Shown here: piece by piece, positions 48,988-62,211 of the stretch
How positions within the stretch are numbered: position 1 is the first letter of the stretch
Layout of the letters: the number at the start of each line of letters is the position of its first letter
Source of the DNA: Raillietiella orientalis
Taxonomy: Eukaryota
Length of the DNA stretch: 64,000 bases
NCBI GenBank assembly: GCA_036172245.1
Contig: JAYWIR010000060.1
Coordinates: 372,001-436,000 of the forward strand
Direction of reading: 5' to 3'
Notes under the pieces: generated by a model
What the model saw: the letters and a program-made list of their open reading frames with translations, nothing else
Told to the model about the DNA's origin: nothing
The model's database searches: none
Translations under genes and position numbers: made by a program

Positions 48988-51626
48988 CTCCAGTTCAAAG
49001 AGAGAGTCCCGAGCGACTGCGGGTCGGGATGTCTGTCTCCAAAGGCTAATTCGAGTATTCTTGCAATCAGAATACCCGAAGGATGGCTCGGAGTTTAGGC
49101 TCTTCCTTTGAGAGGACATTCGGCAGGATGTTCGCCTTCCTCTCCACTGTTCCTCCACCGCCTCACGAGCCCCAGGTCGCCGGAACGGTATCCTAGGGCC
49201 AAGCCGAAACGAAACTTTCAGCGGGATCAGCGCACGCGTGAACCTAGAGACGTGCCTGCCTTTGCCGAGGACGGCGGGACATCTCTCCGCAGAGCGACGA
49301 ACCAACAGGAGTTGCGGCATGCACCGTAAGAGGGGGATGGCGCAACGCTTCTTGAGAAGTCTTTGCGGCCGCTTCGGGCAGCAGCATGAGCGGGAACCGG
49401 CAAAAAGGGAAAAGAGAGAAAAAGACAAGAGCTGTTTCACCTCCTCCCCCCCTTATCGGCTGCCGTGGTGTGGGCAAGGCGACGCTGTGAGGACGGCGAG
49501 GAAGGGTTGTACCTTTGCGGTTCCGTCCAGAGACCTCCTCGGGCTCTAGGCTTGAGGTGCGGGTGGGAGGAGGAGTGCAGCTCGGTTCGAACCGCGGTGC
49601 TGCGAAGTGAACAGGATGGGAGGGAAAAGCGAAAAGGGGGAAGGGGGGGGGGGGAGGGTAGAGCAGTTGGGGTAGACCCTCGCTACGCAGGTGACTCGAC
49701 GCGTCAAGGGGTCCCTTCCTGGCAACCACCCCCTTCCCCCCGAACGGTCGTCTTCCCGAAGAGGGGCGGGCGCTGTGGGGCAGCAGCGCTGGCACCACCC
49801 ACCTTTTCTCCGGAGGCCCACCTCCATCCACCGCTGCGGGTCTCTCGCGACGTCCATGTCGGGGAGTCTCGGGGCCCTGGAGGAGGAGATCACGAGTGAG
49901 TCAGCGTTCTCTTTTCTCCCCCTTCCCGCTCCCGCTCCACACTCCTGGCGTCCCAGGCGTCTGTCCGCGCCAGGAAGAGAGGCGCCGCCGTCTCGTCGGC
50001 GCCGAACGAACGAGGAGCCCGCCGGCTCGCGCGGATCGATCCCGCGCCGCGGCCGCGGCCGTCTGACGGAACGGCGGGTATCCCAGAGGGGTTCGCCCCT
50101 AGGGCGGGGAGAAAGGGCAGGAAGGAGCCGGTGTTGGGGCGGGGCAGCAGGAAGAGGCGAGCTGTTGCCAGCTCCCCCCCTCCGCTCCAGCTTTCCCTAT
50201 TTACCCGCCTGTCCGCCCCCTAGCCCCCGCCGCTGCAGCGCGCATTTGAACTCACCACCGCCTTCCGCAGCGACGGCTCCACGGGACGGACGAGGGATTG
50301 AGGGGGCAGGAGCGCTGCTGCCGGTTGCCCCTCCGCCGATACACCGTCTGGGCAGCCTGCAGCCAGCAGTCCCTGGGGGCCAGCGAGGAGCGCGCGCGCA
50401 TCCTTCGGGAGGGGTCCTCGGAGGGGAGAGGGGGAGCGCGCAGGCGCCGCGCCTGCACGACCATCGATCACGTGCGCTCTGCTTCTGGCGCCGCCGCGGG
50501 GGAGGAGACGGAGAGAGAGGGGGGTACAAGGAACGCATAACTCCCCGCAAACCTACTACCCCTCTTCCTCCCTGGGTCGTCGTCCCATCTGGGTAAGGCC
50601 CTCTCTCGGAAAGGGGGGGAAGTCACACCAGCTGCGCGCAGGTGCGGTTGCCCGTTGCCCCCGGCCCCTCCCGCCATTGAGGAGGAGACGAGAGGCAAAG
50701 GGCCGAGCCAACCCCTCCTCCCCCCACTCCAACGCCGGAGGGAAACTGCGGACCGACTCTCCGGGCGGCAGAGATTGCTGGGGACGGTTGCCGGGCAACA
50801 CCAGGGCGGTGCCGGTCTCGTTCCGCTCGGAGGCCGCCGCCGCGCTGGCCCCGACCGGGCTCGAGGCCGGGGGGCGGCGAAGCGCTGGAGGAAGCGGCCT
50901 GCCAGGCACCACGAAGAGGAGGTCAAGGAGGGACGGCGGCGGTGGCGGCGCAGCCCGACCGTAGGAATCCTCGAGGCTGCGCCGGCGGCGTGCCGGGCTC
51001 TTCGTTCCGTGCGTCGTTGCGAGGGAAGGGAGGACTGGGGTGGTGGGGAGGAAACCAGGAAGGAGATCTCCCGGTCGCTTCGAACGGAGGTGAGCGGGGC
51101 CGGACTTCCATCAGGGAGGAGCGGGCAGCTCAACCCGAGGCGCCGACGGCCGCGGGAAGGAGCAGACTCCGAGGCGGGCGAGAGCTGCTGCGGACAACTG
51201 CCGGAGGGCAAACACGGACCGAAGAGGACGAACGAACCGCGGGCGCGACGCCTCTACTTTTGGCTCGTCGGCCCCGCTTACCTGAGTGTGATGGCAGGGG
51301 TCGCCGCGTGGGAAAAAAACGCCGGAAATGCTCCCCGATGATTGACCTTTTCCGATGGACGAGCTCCTGCAGGAGCGGTGCGAGGGGGCTGCTACCGTCC
51401 CCGCCCGGGAGGCGCTGAGGAAGCACCAACGGACGGCACGGAAGGGTGGGGAGGAAGAGAAAGGAGTCCGCGGGCCGTTTCCTAGGTGACGAAAGCCGGC
51501 CGAGGCGGATGCGCGATGCTCTTGCGCAAGAGACCGTGCGGAGGCTTTTCGTGCAAGAAAGAGGTGGTGGGTGCGTCCCGCAAGAACGGATTTGACGGCT
51601 GCCGAAAAAGTGGGAGGAGAAAAGCA

Positions 51627-51660
51627 ATGATGATGATGATGATGATGACGACGACGACGG
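51627..51660. repeat. (ATG)n(ACG)n trinucleotide repeat
   Basis: Direct reading of the sequence. Confidence 0.85.
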
Positions 51661-52768
51661 GAAGCGAGGATAGGAGGAGGCTCCCTGAGACGGATCGGCC
51701 CCGCACCACTTTCACAGTTCGTTCCTCGCGACCGCGCCTGTCCCCCGGTGCAGAAGGGCGGAGACCCTCCTGGGCCCAGTCTCCCAAATCACCGGCCACA
51801 AAAAACACCCGCAAAGACAGCGTCAGACTGCTGCTGCTCGCGTACCTCGCACGCACGAAGAAAATGAAGGTCGCGTCCGTCGCGCCGGCTGAACTTGCGG
51901 CGTTGCCGCCGCCCGTGAAGGCGGCGGCAGCCGGTTGCCCCCGCTCGTTGGAGGGGAAGACGACGATGGGTGGGCGGACGAAGGACTTCCCACGACCGCA
52001 GGATCGGGTCGCGCGTCCGCGGAGCGGAATATCCCGGGCGGGATTCGCGGGAACACGCCGAACCTGGACCCGGGATGGGCCGGGAGGCGGCTCCGAAGAG
52101 GCCTTGGAGGGGATGGGTTTCCCGTCCTCGAATTCACCCCTTTCCCTAGCCACGGGGCTCCCGAAAGCAGAAGCGCACGGAACCACGCAGGCGACGGACG
52201 CAGGAGCCTTCAGGAGCCGGAGCCACGTCTGCCGGTTCATCTCGGACGCTCCTTGCTTCGGAAACAAAAACGGACCAAGGAAAAGAAGGAAAACCAAGAA
52301 AGTCGGGGTGGAGCTTCCGGATGTACAAAAGTAAAGCAGGTTCTTTATTATTGCCACTGTGCGTGCGACCACTCGATCCTCCGAACTCGTGCAGCGCAGA
52401 CGCCGTTGCAGGAAGCACGAGAGTGCCATCCGCGCCGCTGGCCGCCGAGCCGAGCGCAGGCGCACAGAGACGCCAACGTGACGGCGGTGGTGCTTCAGAA
52501 ACTTTATATCACAGGGGGAAACATCTCTGATGTTTTCCGGAGTACCGCCCGCGGCACGGAGTCCCCAGCACGGAGGGGAGGAACCGTGTGCCTCCGGGGC
52601 GAGAGGTGAAAAAGGAAAACCACACGCAGGAAGCAGGGCGGGCCACCGCCCGAAGAGAGCACCAAGGGCTTCGCAGCGCCGACGTCTTCCTCGACGGGAC
52701 TCGACCAGTTCTTTGCAGGAACACTCAAAACCGCCGGCACCCGGAAGTGAACCGGTGGGGCGGGCTGG

Positions 52769-53865
52769 TCAGTGGCCGAGTTGCTGGAAACCGCTTATCA
52801 AAGCCATCACCCTCGACTCGGGAGCATCCGCCGCGTGGTGGTGGTGGTGGTGGTGGTGGTGGTGCTGGCGAGAGGGTTTGGACAGAGCAGCTTGCGCGGA
52901 AGCGTGCAGGCAGGAGGGGAACTGGTCAGGGGGGCTTTCGGTCGTGTCTTCCAGGCTGTGGCATCTCTTGACCCGTGCCGGGTTGACGGGGGACGAGCTG
53001 GACTCGTCGTGGTAGGCCACTTCGCAGTAGGAGCTGGGTCGGAAGCCGGCAGCCTGCTTCCTGGAATGTACCGTGCGAACAAAATCCTGGGGCAATCTTT
53101 CATCCGAAGATCTGAGGTTTGTGCGCTTCGGGGTGCTCGCGGGCTTCACTTTGCTGCTTAGCGATTTGAAGAAGCAGTCGACGTGCTCGTTCACCGAACT
53201 GCACTGGTTCCACAGCGGTTCCGTCGATCGTCTTTTCTGAGATCGAGGTGGACGCAAAACACCGGGTTCTGGAGAAGCTAGGGCCTTCTTTTCGGAAGAA
53301 GACTGACTCCTGCTCAACTCCCTTGGAGGCCTTTTTGGCAACACATCGTTTTCATTAGGCACTTCTGAAACAACGAAGAAAAGAAGAAGAAGGATAAGAA
53401 GAAAACAACAACTTGCAGATTGCTGTTGCACACCGCACAAGCACCCCCTTTACCCTCCCAGAGCAATCACATCGGGACATCCCAGCTGCATGAAAAAAGG
53501 AAAGAAAAAATTGGGGCACTCTGGGAAGGACGGGCGAAGAGGACCTACCGGAATGATCCGTGGGACAGGCATGCTGGCTTTCCGGTATGGCTTCCAGATG
53601 AGACGCAGGTGAGGCGGAGGTCACCTGCGAGAATCACATCCGGATGGGGAGCGAGCCTTCTGCGCGCAGCCTACCTTGGTGCGCTTGGGTGCGCCGTGAT
53701 TCTTCTTCGGCCGCACGGACATCTTGTGCAGCGCCGCTTGGTGCGACAGGGGCTGCAGCACGTCCATTTCCAGCAACTCCGCTTCGAAAGCCCGCAGAGT
53801 GCCGCAAAGATTAGTTTCCATACTCACCACTGTCATTACTTCGTCTGTCTTGCAGCAGCGAGCAC
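52769..53865 (-). CDS. 3' exons of a DUF4592-like (CRACD/KIAA1211-like) low-complexity protein; exons 53865-53675, 53624-53549, 53364-52769
   Basis: The motif LSHQAALHKMSVRPKKNH resembles the DUF4592 core (L.x.AA.HK..V.PK). Intron phases are consistent (0, then 1). The last exon is Ser/Pro-rich, has a poly-His run and ends RVMALISGFQQLGH*. Confidence 0.6.
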
Positions 53866-56321
53866 CTGGAAGAGTGTCGCGACGTCTGCGCGAACCCCGA
53901 ATCCTAATCATTAATACGGGATTCATTAATTTTGCATCGGAATGCATTTATCGCATGCACCACGCGGACGGACAGAGTAAATTGATCATTCGTTAATTCG
54001 AGCAGGATGGCTGCGAGGAGAGGAACGGGCGAAGTGCGAGAGTGTCGGAACACAAAAGTCACGAGATCACCCAGCGTGCCCGATGGAGATGGGGCACGGG
54101 AGACCCATCCTCCTCACCCTACGCAACGGCTCTGCCGACGATGACGGAGCACTCAGAAGGTGCACTCGAGTGCGCTACCGACCTCGCCAAAGGATCGCAC
54201 CTACGTTTTCAAATTCGGATCCGAACCACCACCACGTCGCCCCGAGCCGGGCCGGCGCAGCTCAACGACGACTCGACGAGAACCGTCGACGGGAAGGCTA
54301 AAGCCACCAGAATGGTCGTTGGACCTACTGTCTGCGTTACCGGGGCGGGTGTTTTCCCTTTTGAAGAAGAAGAAGAAGAAGAGTAGGTACAAACTGGAAG
54401 CATGGAAGAAGAGAAAGATCGTTTCTCATCGGAGGAAGCCCGAGGCAGAATCAGGGAACTCTTCGAGGGCTTCTGCTAAACAGACGCCTGCAATGACCTG
54501 CAGCACGAGGCCTGCCTGGGGACACTGCGATGCAAACTTCAGAATGTTCCGATGTCCGTGTCGAGCACGAAAAGTCGTGCCTAAATGGTTCGCTGCTCGC
54601 GGGCAACGTAATCGAAAACAAATAACCAACACCAACGCTCCCGCATGCGGCCCTCTCGGTGGCAAACGAAACACGAAAGAATGCAAACACACGAAGGAAT
54701 AAATTGACGGCTGCAGTTTTCCAGTTCGGGAGCAGTTCCCGTGGGAAGCAGGCTGCCGGCTCAACTGTGGCGCACTCCTTGTTCTGTCACAGGGCCTTCA
54801 CCACGTTCCCGGCAAGGTCTCCAAGAATGGAACGAGCGACCATGTGCTGTGACCACTGGCATGGAAAACCGCCAGAAGGCGAACAGGCCGCTGCTGTTTT
54901 CCGGCCAAGGAGATGATGGATGCTTCCGACTTTGGAGCGATCGTCGTTGAAGGAAAAAGTACGCGTGCTGTTTTGTAATGTGGGGAAGGAAAAGCATCCA
55001 CGGACGAGTGGCAACACCGCGACGGGAAGAGCGCATTCGGGATGGGAGTCCCAGCATCAGTACCGCAGAAAACGTTTCGTACGACTCGACAGCAAACACG
55101 AAATCACACACGCGATTTTGACACGGTTCCCTGAAAAACCTTTGAAAGGGAAAAGATGCAGCCCGTGATCGTTAATGCGAGCTTTGTAATTACGGAAGTG
55201 GTAGCTCGTAAATTGCGCTGGAAGGATGAGTTGCAAGAGGACTTGCGGGAGAGATCCAGCGAAAAACACGCGGTTGCCAAGGAGATTAGCTGGGCACGGA
55301 TGGCAGGACTGCAAAAAGCTCAAAATATCAGGTTAAAAATGTTCCGAGAAGGAAAGCAGCTTCCGATGAACTGGAAGGAACCTTTCTGGGATGGGGGCAG
55401 AAAAATTTCAGCGCCGAATAAAACGGAAACGCAGGATTGCCACGAGGTCGTTTCTCCCCTCCCTTGCAGAAGAACGCGCAACCATTTGGACGCACAGCGT
55501 TTTTCTTTTTCTTTTCCTTTTGGTTTTGTTTTTTCAAGCGCAGGCAGACAGACGGAACGAAGATCTCGGAGGCACCGAAATCCTCGCAGGGATTATACAA
55601 TTAGCGAAGGGAATTCGGGATGCATAAATTAGCAAGAAAGCGACGATGGAAGCGGCTTATCACGTTCTTGTGCAAGGAAATCACGACGAGCCACTTTGCT
55701 GTCCAGAGAGTCGGTGTCCAGAAGTCGATCCCCGGTCCTGGGGCGCGTGCGTCCCAAATCCCGCGCTTCGAGCATTTTTGGTGGGCGAGGCCCATCAAGC
55801 CCGGGAGCAAAGGTCCCCGCGATCCAAGGGCGGACAGCGACGACCTGGAATCCGGAGATGACCTACCCGTGCTTGGCAGAGAAACCCAAGTAGGTGTCAA
55901 CGAAGATGAATCAACTGACCTAGCGAGGAGACTTAACGAGAGGAGATGCGCAGCTGAAAATGACTACTGGCGCCTATGCTGGCCACCATTGGTCAACTCG
56001 GGAGTGTCGCGGAGCTCAGCGCAGTCGACTGTGGTTTTTTTTTTTTTTTTTTCATACGGCACAAAGGAGGCCGGACATCAATGGTAGGTGCAGTGGGGAT
56101 GTCCCAACACAAGAAAGGTCACGCTGAACGGATTACGTTATTTATGGTATTGAGACACTCGACTTTCGGAAAACGGGGCCATTGCAAACGGATCGGCTTC
56201 GCCCACAGCATTTCGGCCAGCGGACTCTGCCTGTACTCCGCGAAACGCTATTCCCATTTTCTTACAAATTCACGCAAGACTTGTTTTGATACTTACTATG
56301 AGATTTAACGATTTGGGAGGA

Positions 56322-56352
<31 letters not shown>

Positions 56353-59300
56353 AAAAAAAGAGAGAAGAAAGGAAATCGAGGGTCTGCTTTTCTTCACTGC
56401 ATCTCCACCCGCAGACACAACCGTAACCCGAGAGAACGGAGCGGAATCGTTTCTTCTTCCGTCCCATCGCCAAACACGCGTGCGTCTGTGCATCGTTTCC
56501 GATTTGTGCTTTACACGCTAAAGAAAACGAAAGGGACCCATTCTGAATGGGAATCGTGTCAACGTCAGTCTCAGGTTAATCTTATTAATGAGGCGTTGCT
56601 TTCAGCTATTGGAACTAATACTTTGGAGGAAGTATAAATGGGCAATGCCGTTCCCCCCTCCACCCTCCCCTCCCCAGTCATCCGAGTCCCTTGCGGTGCT
56701 GCCAAAAGAAGAAACTCCGGGAGACTGCGACGGAGCCGTCATTTATCACAGCGTTTTCAATCGCGGCTCCACGAGCCCATTCGTGCCGTTTTGGCGAAAT
56801 TGCGATTCCATCGGGAAGACCGCGGAGTCGCCACGGCGAGGAGAAGGTGCAATTTCGGTGAGCACGCCATCGGCTCGAACACTTATGCAACCATGGGAAC
56901 ACGAACACGGGAACGCCGCTCACTGGTTCCTGGAAGCTGGGCGAGAAAAGCAACCGGAAACGACGATCCGACGAGCGGAGCGCTGCGGAAGAGTGAACGA
57001 TGGAGTGTAAAATGCTGACGACAAGGAACGGCGCCCACTGCGTGGGGCCCCGGTGAAATATTTCGGGCGTGGGGTTGAGGCCGCGTGCGTGCGGCTTGGA
57101 CGGTTCGCCCGCGAGCAGGCGAGGAGATGAAAGAGGGGCTGCTGTGGTCGCTGCTGCTGCTGCTGCACGCACGCACGGGCGACTGCCCCGAGGAGGGCGC
57201 CGGCAGAGCGAGCGAACTCGACGAGGTCGGAGGAAATTTCGCTCGAAACATCACTGCCATCAAACGCTGATCGGAGTCCGAGCAGCCGCCCGCCCGCGGA
57301 AGGAGAGAAAATGCGAAATGCCACTCGGCGGTGGTTCCGGAAGCAAATGGTGATCGCCGCCGCCACCATCAGCACCACATTCTGTTACGATCCGTTTCTG
57401 ACGACACGCGTGGCTGCCTTTCCCTCTAAGGCTTACCGAGATAATCGACACCAAGGAAACGGCTTCCAGAGAGGTGATAAAACATCATTTTGAAATGGAT
57501 CTTCAAATCAGAAGGCTGGAAAATTGCGAAAACGCAACCATCATTGAAAACGGCTTCCGTAAAATTTGAGCTTTTTTTTTTTTTTTCTTTTCTTTTTTTT
57601 GCCTTCTCTCCCTTCTTCTTCTAATCCAAACAACGTGCGCGCCAGAGATATTACACAACCCAATCGCAAAGGAGAAAAAAGAAAAGAAAAAAAGGTACGA
57701 AAACACACAAGTGGGATTTATTTTAAGAAGCCGAAGGTGTTCCCAAGGTAGCTGCAACCATTTTTCTTCCGCGTATGCCGATCATTTCTGACTGATTTCG
57801 AGTTTCAGAAAGGGATGCTGAAACTTCTCCCCGGGAGGACCGTGATTGAGGGTATCACCTAAAAATAATTCCAAATCGGACCTCTTTCCAAAGTGCAAGC
57901 TGGGAGGAGTTCGAAATCATTTTACGGAGGCAACGACTGTTCCGAATTGCGCTGACACATGACACACTCGCAATGACACATTGGCGCCATAACCTTCGCC
58001 GTAGGGCCGCAACGAGGACGAAACCCACCTCCCCCCTTGCATGTTCTGGATGAAAGAACAGTTCGACACTCAAAGTAGCCACCATCGATGGACAGGCAAA
58101 ATGCCTGGCTTTTGCGAAGAATAGCTGCTTCGGAAGAAAGGGGAAAAAAAAAAGGAGATGATGATGAGCACAAGGTGAATGCAACAGGAGAATGCCTATT
58201 CGTTCAGGTCATTATGAGCCACAAGGTGGTTAAGCACGGCTCCACTTGAAAGCTTCCTGCAACTTTGGATACGTTAACGCTCCTTTTTAGAAGCATGCAG
58301 CAACCTGAATCAATCTGCAACGTACTCGGGAGGTAAATCGAATCAAAAAAGGGGGGTGGGAAAGGGGGGGGGGGAGCCGAGAAGACGCTGTCCATCGCGT
58401 CTCCTCCCAGTCCACCACGCAGCCAGCGGCGGACCCAACCGCAACAGCGAGCTTCCCGGTCGGGTGGAATGGGTTCGATTTCGGGCGAGCACTGTACGGA
58501 GGGCAAAAGAGTAGGGAAAGAAGGCGGTAAGAGTATGCTGCTGCTGATTCGATGCGAATGCCAAACGGCAAACAAGTGCTGGCAAGGCTTGCAGCAGGCG
58601 AGCCATGAAGAATCCGAGAAGGAATACGCGCAGGTGTAATCCGAAACCGCAGGAACCTCCGTACCAAGCCGACGTCCAGCTCTCCGTGCAGAGACGCCGC
58701 TATCTGATTACACGAAAGTGCTGATGATTCAGGTGATGCTGTGAATTTCTCCAGCGTGCTGCGGACTCGGAAACAGCTCTCGGCTCGCGAACGTGCGGCT
58801 CGACTGCATCGAAAAAAACATCCCGCGGTTGCGCGAAACGGAGCTGCCCGTCGAAGATCCACGGCAAAAGAGCAACCCGCAAAGTGCGAACGAGCAGAAC
58901 TTTCGTGTTTACAGTGATCGAAGGGACACAGCACTTCTACATATGCATTCGCAAGGGGGCAACATGCTGCGAAAACAGTGTTGCCCTCAAGGTCAAACAA
59001 CACGGACGAACCGAATGTTCTCGGATCCTTCGAGGCAATCCAAAGTCACCCGCTCCGTGTTCCGCAGACTTGACGTCCAATTCGACCGCCACAGGTCACC
59101 AGGGTCACGCGGCAAACCACGGAGAGCTTCCACAGGTGCAAAAGGAGGAAGGAGGGAAGTTGAGATTTTAGTTCGCAACTCACTGATGGACACGGAAGAA
59201 CGCACCGCCCGAATCACCCAATGGTGCGAAAGTTTCAAAGATGTTTAAGGAACGAAGAGGAGGCAAAGTCGGTGTGCTCCGCCACGACGTTCGCGTACCA

Positions 59301-60458
59301 AGCAACACCGCAACACGAAAACACGGTCATCGGCGCGCAAAGTGCCCGATATTCTTTCAACCAAGAAATACCAAGGCACAAGGAAACCGCAGAGTCCGCG
59401 GGAAACAGCCCCGAGGACCCGAGTCACGTGTTCGTGTTCCAATGATCCGAATGCTTCTGATCCCAGATAAGCCGATACACATTGCGGTGGACCGTGTTTT
59501 CGTTCAGATCGAAGAGACACCGCGGTGTTTGACGATTCTGTTCCAGCGACTGAACCGCAGTCACCAACGATTCTTCGGCGTCAAACATCGAGAGGAAGGA
59601 ACGTTCCGCTTCCGGAATTTCAGTCAACTTTCAAACCGAATTTCGGAATTTCGAAATGCAAAGTGATGCGACGGATGCTTGCATGCTGGAGAGGATTTTT
59701 TTCTGGAGCGGCGAGGAGCCTTCGGAGCTCTGAACCGAGGAAACACACAAACCAATCCGGAGGCAAAACGGACGATCAACGCGCATGGAAGTTTACACCA
59801 CGCCGATTACACAGTCGATTGCCAATTCATCCCGGAGGAAGGGTAAGCACCGTTTCTTCTTGGAAAATCCACTGCAGTAAAGGACGACTCGAGAGTCGAC
59901 GACGCATCCCGTGACCACCCAAAAGGAAACGCACGGGAGCAACGCTTTTTTGTATCCTCCTGGCGGTTCAACGGGGTCACGCAAGTCGGGGCATCGCAAA
60001 ATGCGGCCTGGAATGCGCGCAGCGAAGGGGAAAGCCGCAATCCTTCTTTACGTATCTGTCCACGAAGTGTCCGTACGTCCACCACGGAAACGAAATCGCC
60101 TTTGGTCTCGTTGACACATAAACAGACGTGTCGTTTACCGTGACAAAATTTCGTGTCGCCTTACGGTGATAAATAAGAATGCAAATCGCTTTGAGGCATC
60201 TGAAGGAATCATTTCACTTGAACAAACCTCCAATTTTTATCATACGCATTATTCCACACACACACAAGTACAAACATGCACATGTGTGTGCATAGTAGGT
60301 CCAGTAAGATGATGATCCCCATCGCTCCTGGTTGCATACTTTGTCATGTACAACCGAAATCTGTACCCACCGGGGAGACATGCTCCGTGGAGGAGGAGGG
60401 AATGGGCGCTCCCCACGCGTCTTCCAGAAAACGTCGCGCCGTGACGATACAAAAAACC

Positions 60459-62211
60459 ACGCATTGCATCCTCCACAGAGTCCTCAGAAGACGAAACGAC
60501 GACGTTTGGAAGGGTACGTTCACCCATGTGCCCGCGACTTACGGAGGAGTCGGAAAGGAAGATGGAGGATTCCTCCGAGGAGGTCATCCCTTCGGAAACG
60601 GAACGAATGATGTGTCGACAGACGAGGAAAAATCGGCAGAAAACCAAGTTGCCAGTCGACCATGTTTTTCACACTCGGAAGAAGAAGAAGTACGAAGGGG
60701 GGGGGGAGGGAGGGAACCACGTCAGAGTACTCGGTGGCCGACTGTTCCGAAGAGGTCACACGAAAGTTGTTCCTGACTAGAAGCACGACGACACTTGCGT
60801 GGAAACGTCGGATAATCATGATCTTGAAATGCACCGAGAGTTGCCCATTGGGCTTTGAAGACGAAAGTGGTCGACCTGATGCCCGAGATGTACCGAGGAG
60901 TGCGGCATCGGAAATTAAAGAAAGTACGCAGACCCACAAATCAATAAAGCTATCATCAACAGGAAAAGTTGTAACACAAGTTAAAAAGTTCTCACAAGCA
61001 GCAGATGAATAGCCCAAATGGAATGAGACCAAAAAGAAAAAAAAAAAAAACAAGAAAGATGAAAAAAATTTCGAAATGCAGAGGAAAACTTGCGGCGGTC
61101 TGTCAGAGCCGCGAAGACGGATGAGCACTCGGTGGAGCCGAGCACTTTCGGCTAGAAATTAAGAGAGACTTTTTCCGAAATGGAACGCGCAACTTTATTG
61201 AAGCGCAACGGAGAACCCATGCAGACGTGGCCGTACGGACGTGGTGAGAGGGGAGAGGCACGGAAAGAAGAAGACGGAATCTCTCAAGTGGATCCTGCCC
61301 GGGGAGGCGCACACACCCAGCGAGCCGCAACTCTCAGTGCGCAGCGAGAAAGTTTCGTTTTCTAAAACCACTTTCACCCGCAATGGTACCATCTAAGCCT
61401 CTCTTCCGCCCTCCGCCGTGTGGCAACTTTGGCCACTTGTTAAGCAATGCAGGAAGAATCTTGCACTCCGTGCAGCTCCTTATTTCCCTTCATGCTCGTG
61501 TTTGCCTCGACACGTGTCAACTGCGCCCGTCCGGCTTCCAGCAGCAGCCCCGACGCCATCAATCCTGCATGGGGGGCCGCTGACGTCTTAGCTAACAGAT
61601 GCTTCGGATAGGGTTTTTTTTTTTTTTTTTCCCCTGCCAAGAGCACGATGACGTGTGTTTTCGATTCCTTCTTTCTTTCTTTCTTTCTTACACACACACA
61701 CACCAATAAAATGCTTTCACCAACAGCCAACACCTGTGTAGAGGTTCGACTGCCCAAACCGACAGACCTACCGCTTTCAAGGCAAGCGGTCTTCTTAGAT
61801 TTCATCACACAGGGGTACAAAAAAACCTATTTTCATGTTGCAAACATCGATTACCGACAGAGGCACGTCTTTCGCCACGGACAAGGTGAAGCCTCGTTGC
61901 TATGATCGAGCGCAAAGCATCCGTCCCGTTTCGCCAGGACTTTCGGGATGCTGAAGAAGTGGCTGCTCACCTCATCGTTGTCCAAAGAGCTGCACATGCT
62001 TTTCAAGGAATCGCTGATGCTGTTGTAGCTGGTCCGCAGCCTCGACGTCTGTAAGAAAAGACTGCAATGACGGACAGTGGGCAGTCAAGTATACCTTCTG
62101 AGGAGTGTAGTCATGAAGTGTACATGATGTACTCGGGGACTGGACGAATGGCAATTCCAAGCCATTGTCTACATATCTGCTCTGGGCCAACTTCTGAGAC
62201 AATTCTGCCTG
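60459..62211 (-). CDS. Candidate upstream exons, possibly of the DUF4592-like gene (~62211-62095, ~62049-61972, ~60591-60459)
   Basis: Open segments bounded by pyrimidine-tract AG and GT: AELSQKLAQSRYVDNGLELPFVQSPSTSCTLHDYTPQK | TSRLRTSYNSISDSLKSMCSSLDNDE and GMTSSEESSIFLSDSS...SSSEDSVEDAMR. Linkage to the downstream exons is not demonstrated. Confidence 0.3.

Noticed and set aside
48682..49111. Tyr/Ile-rich ORFs
   Set aside because: Translation artefacts of the (TA)n microsatellite.
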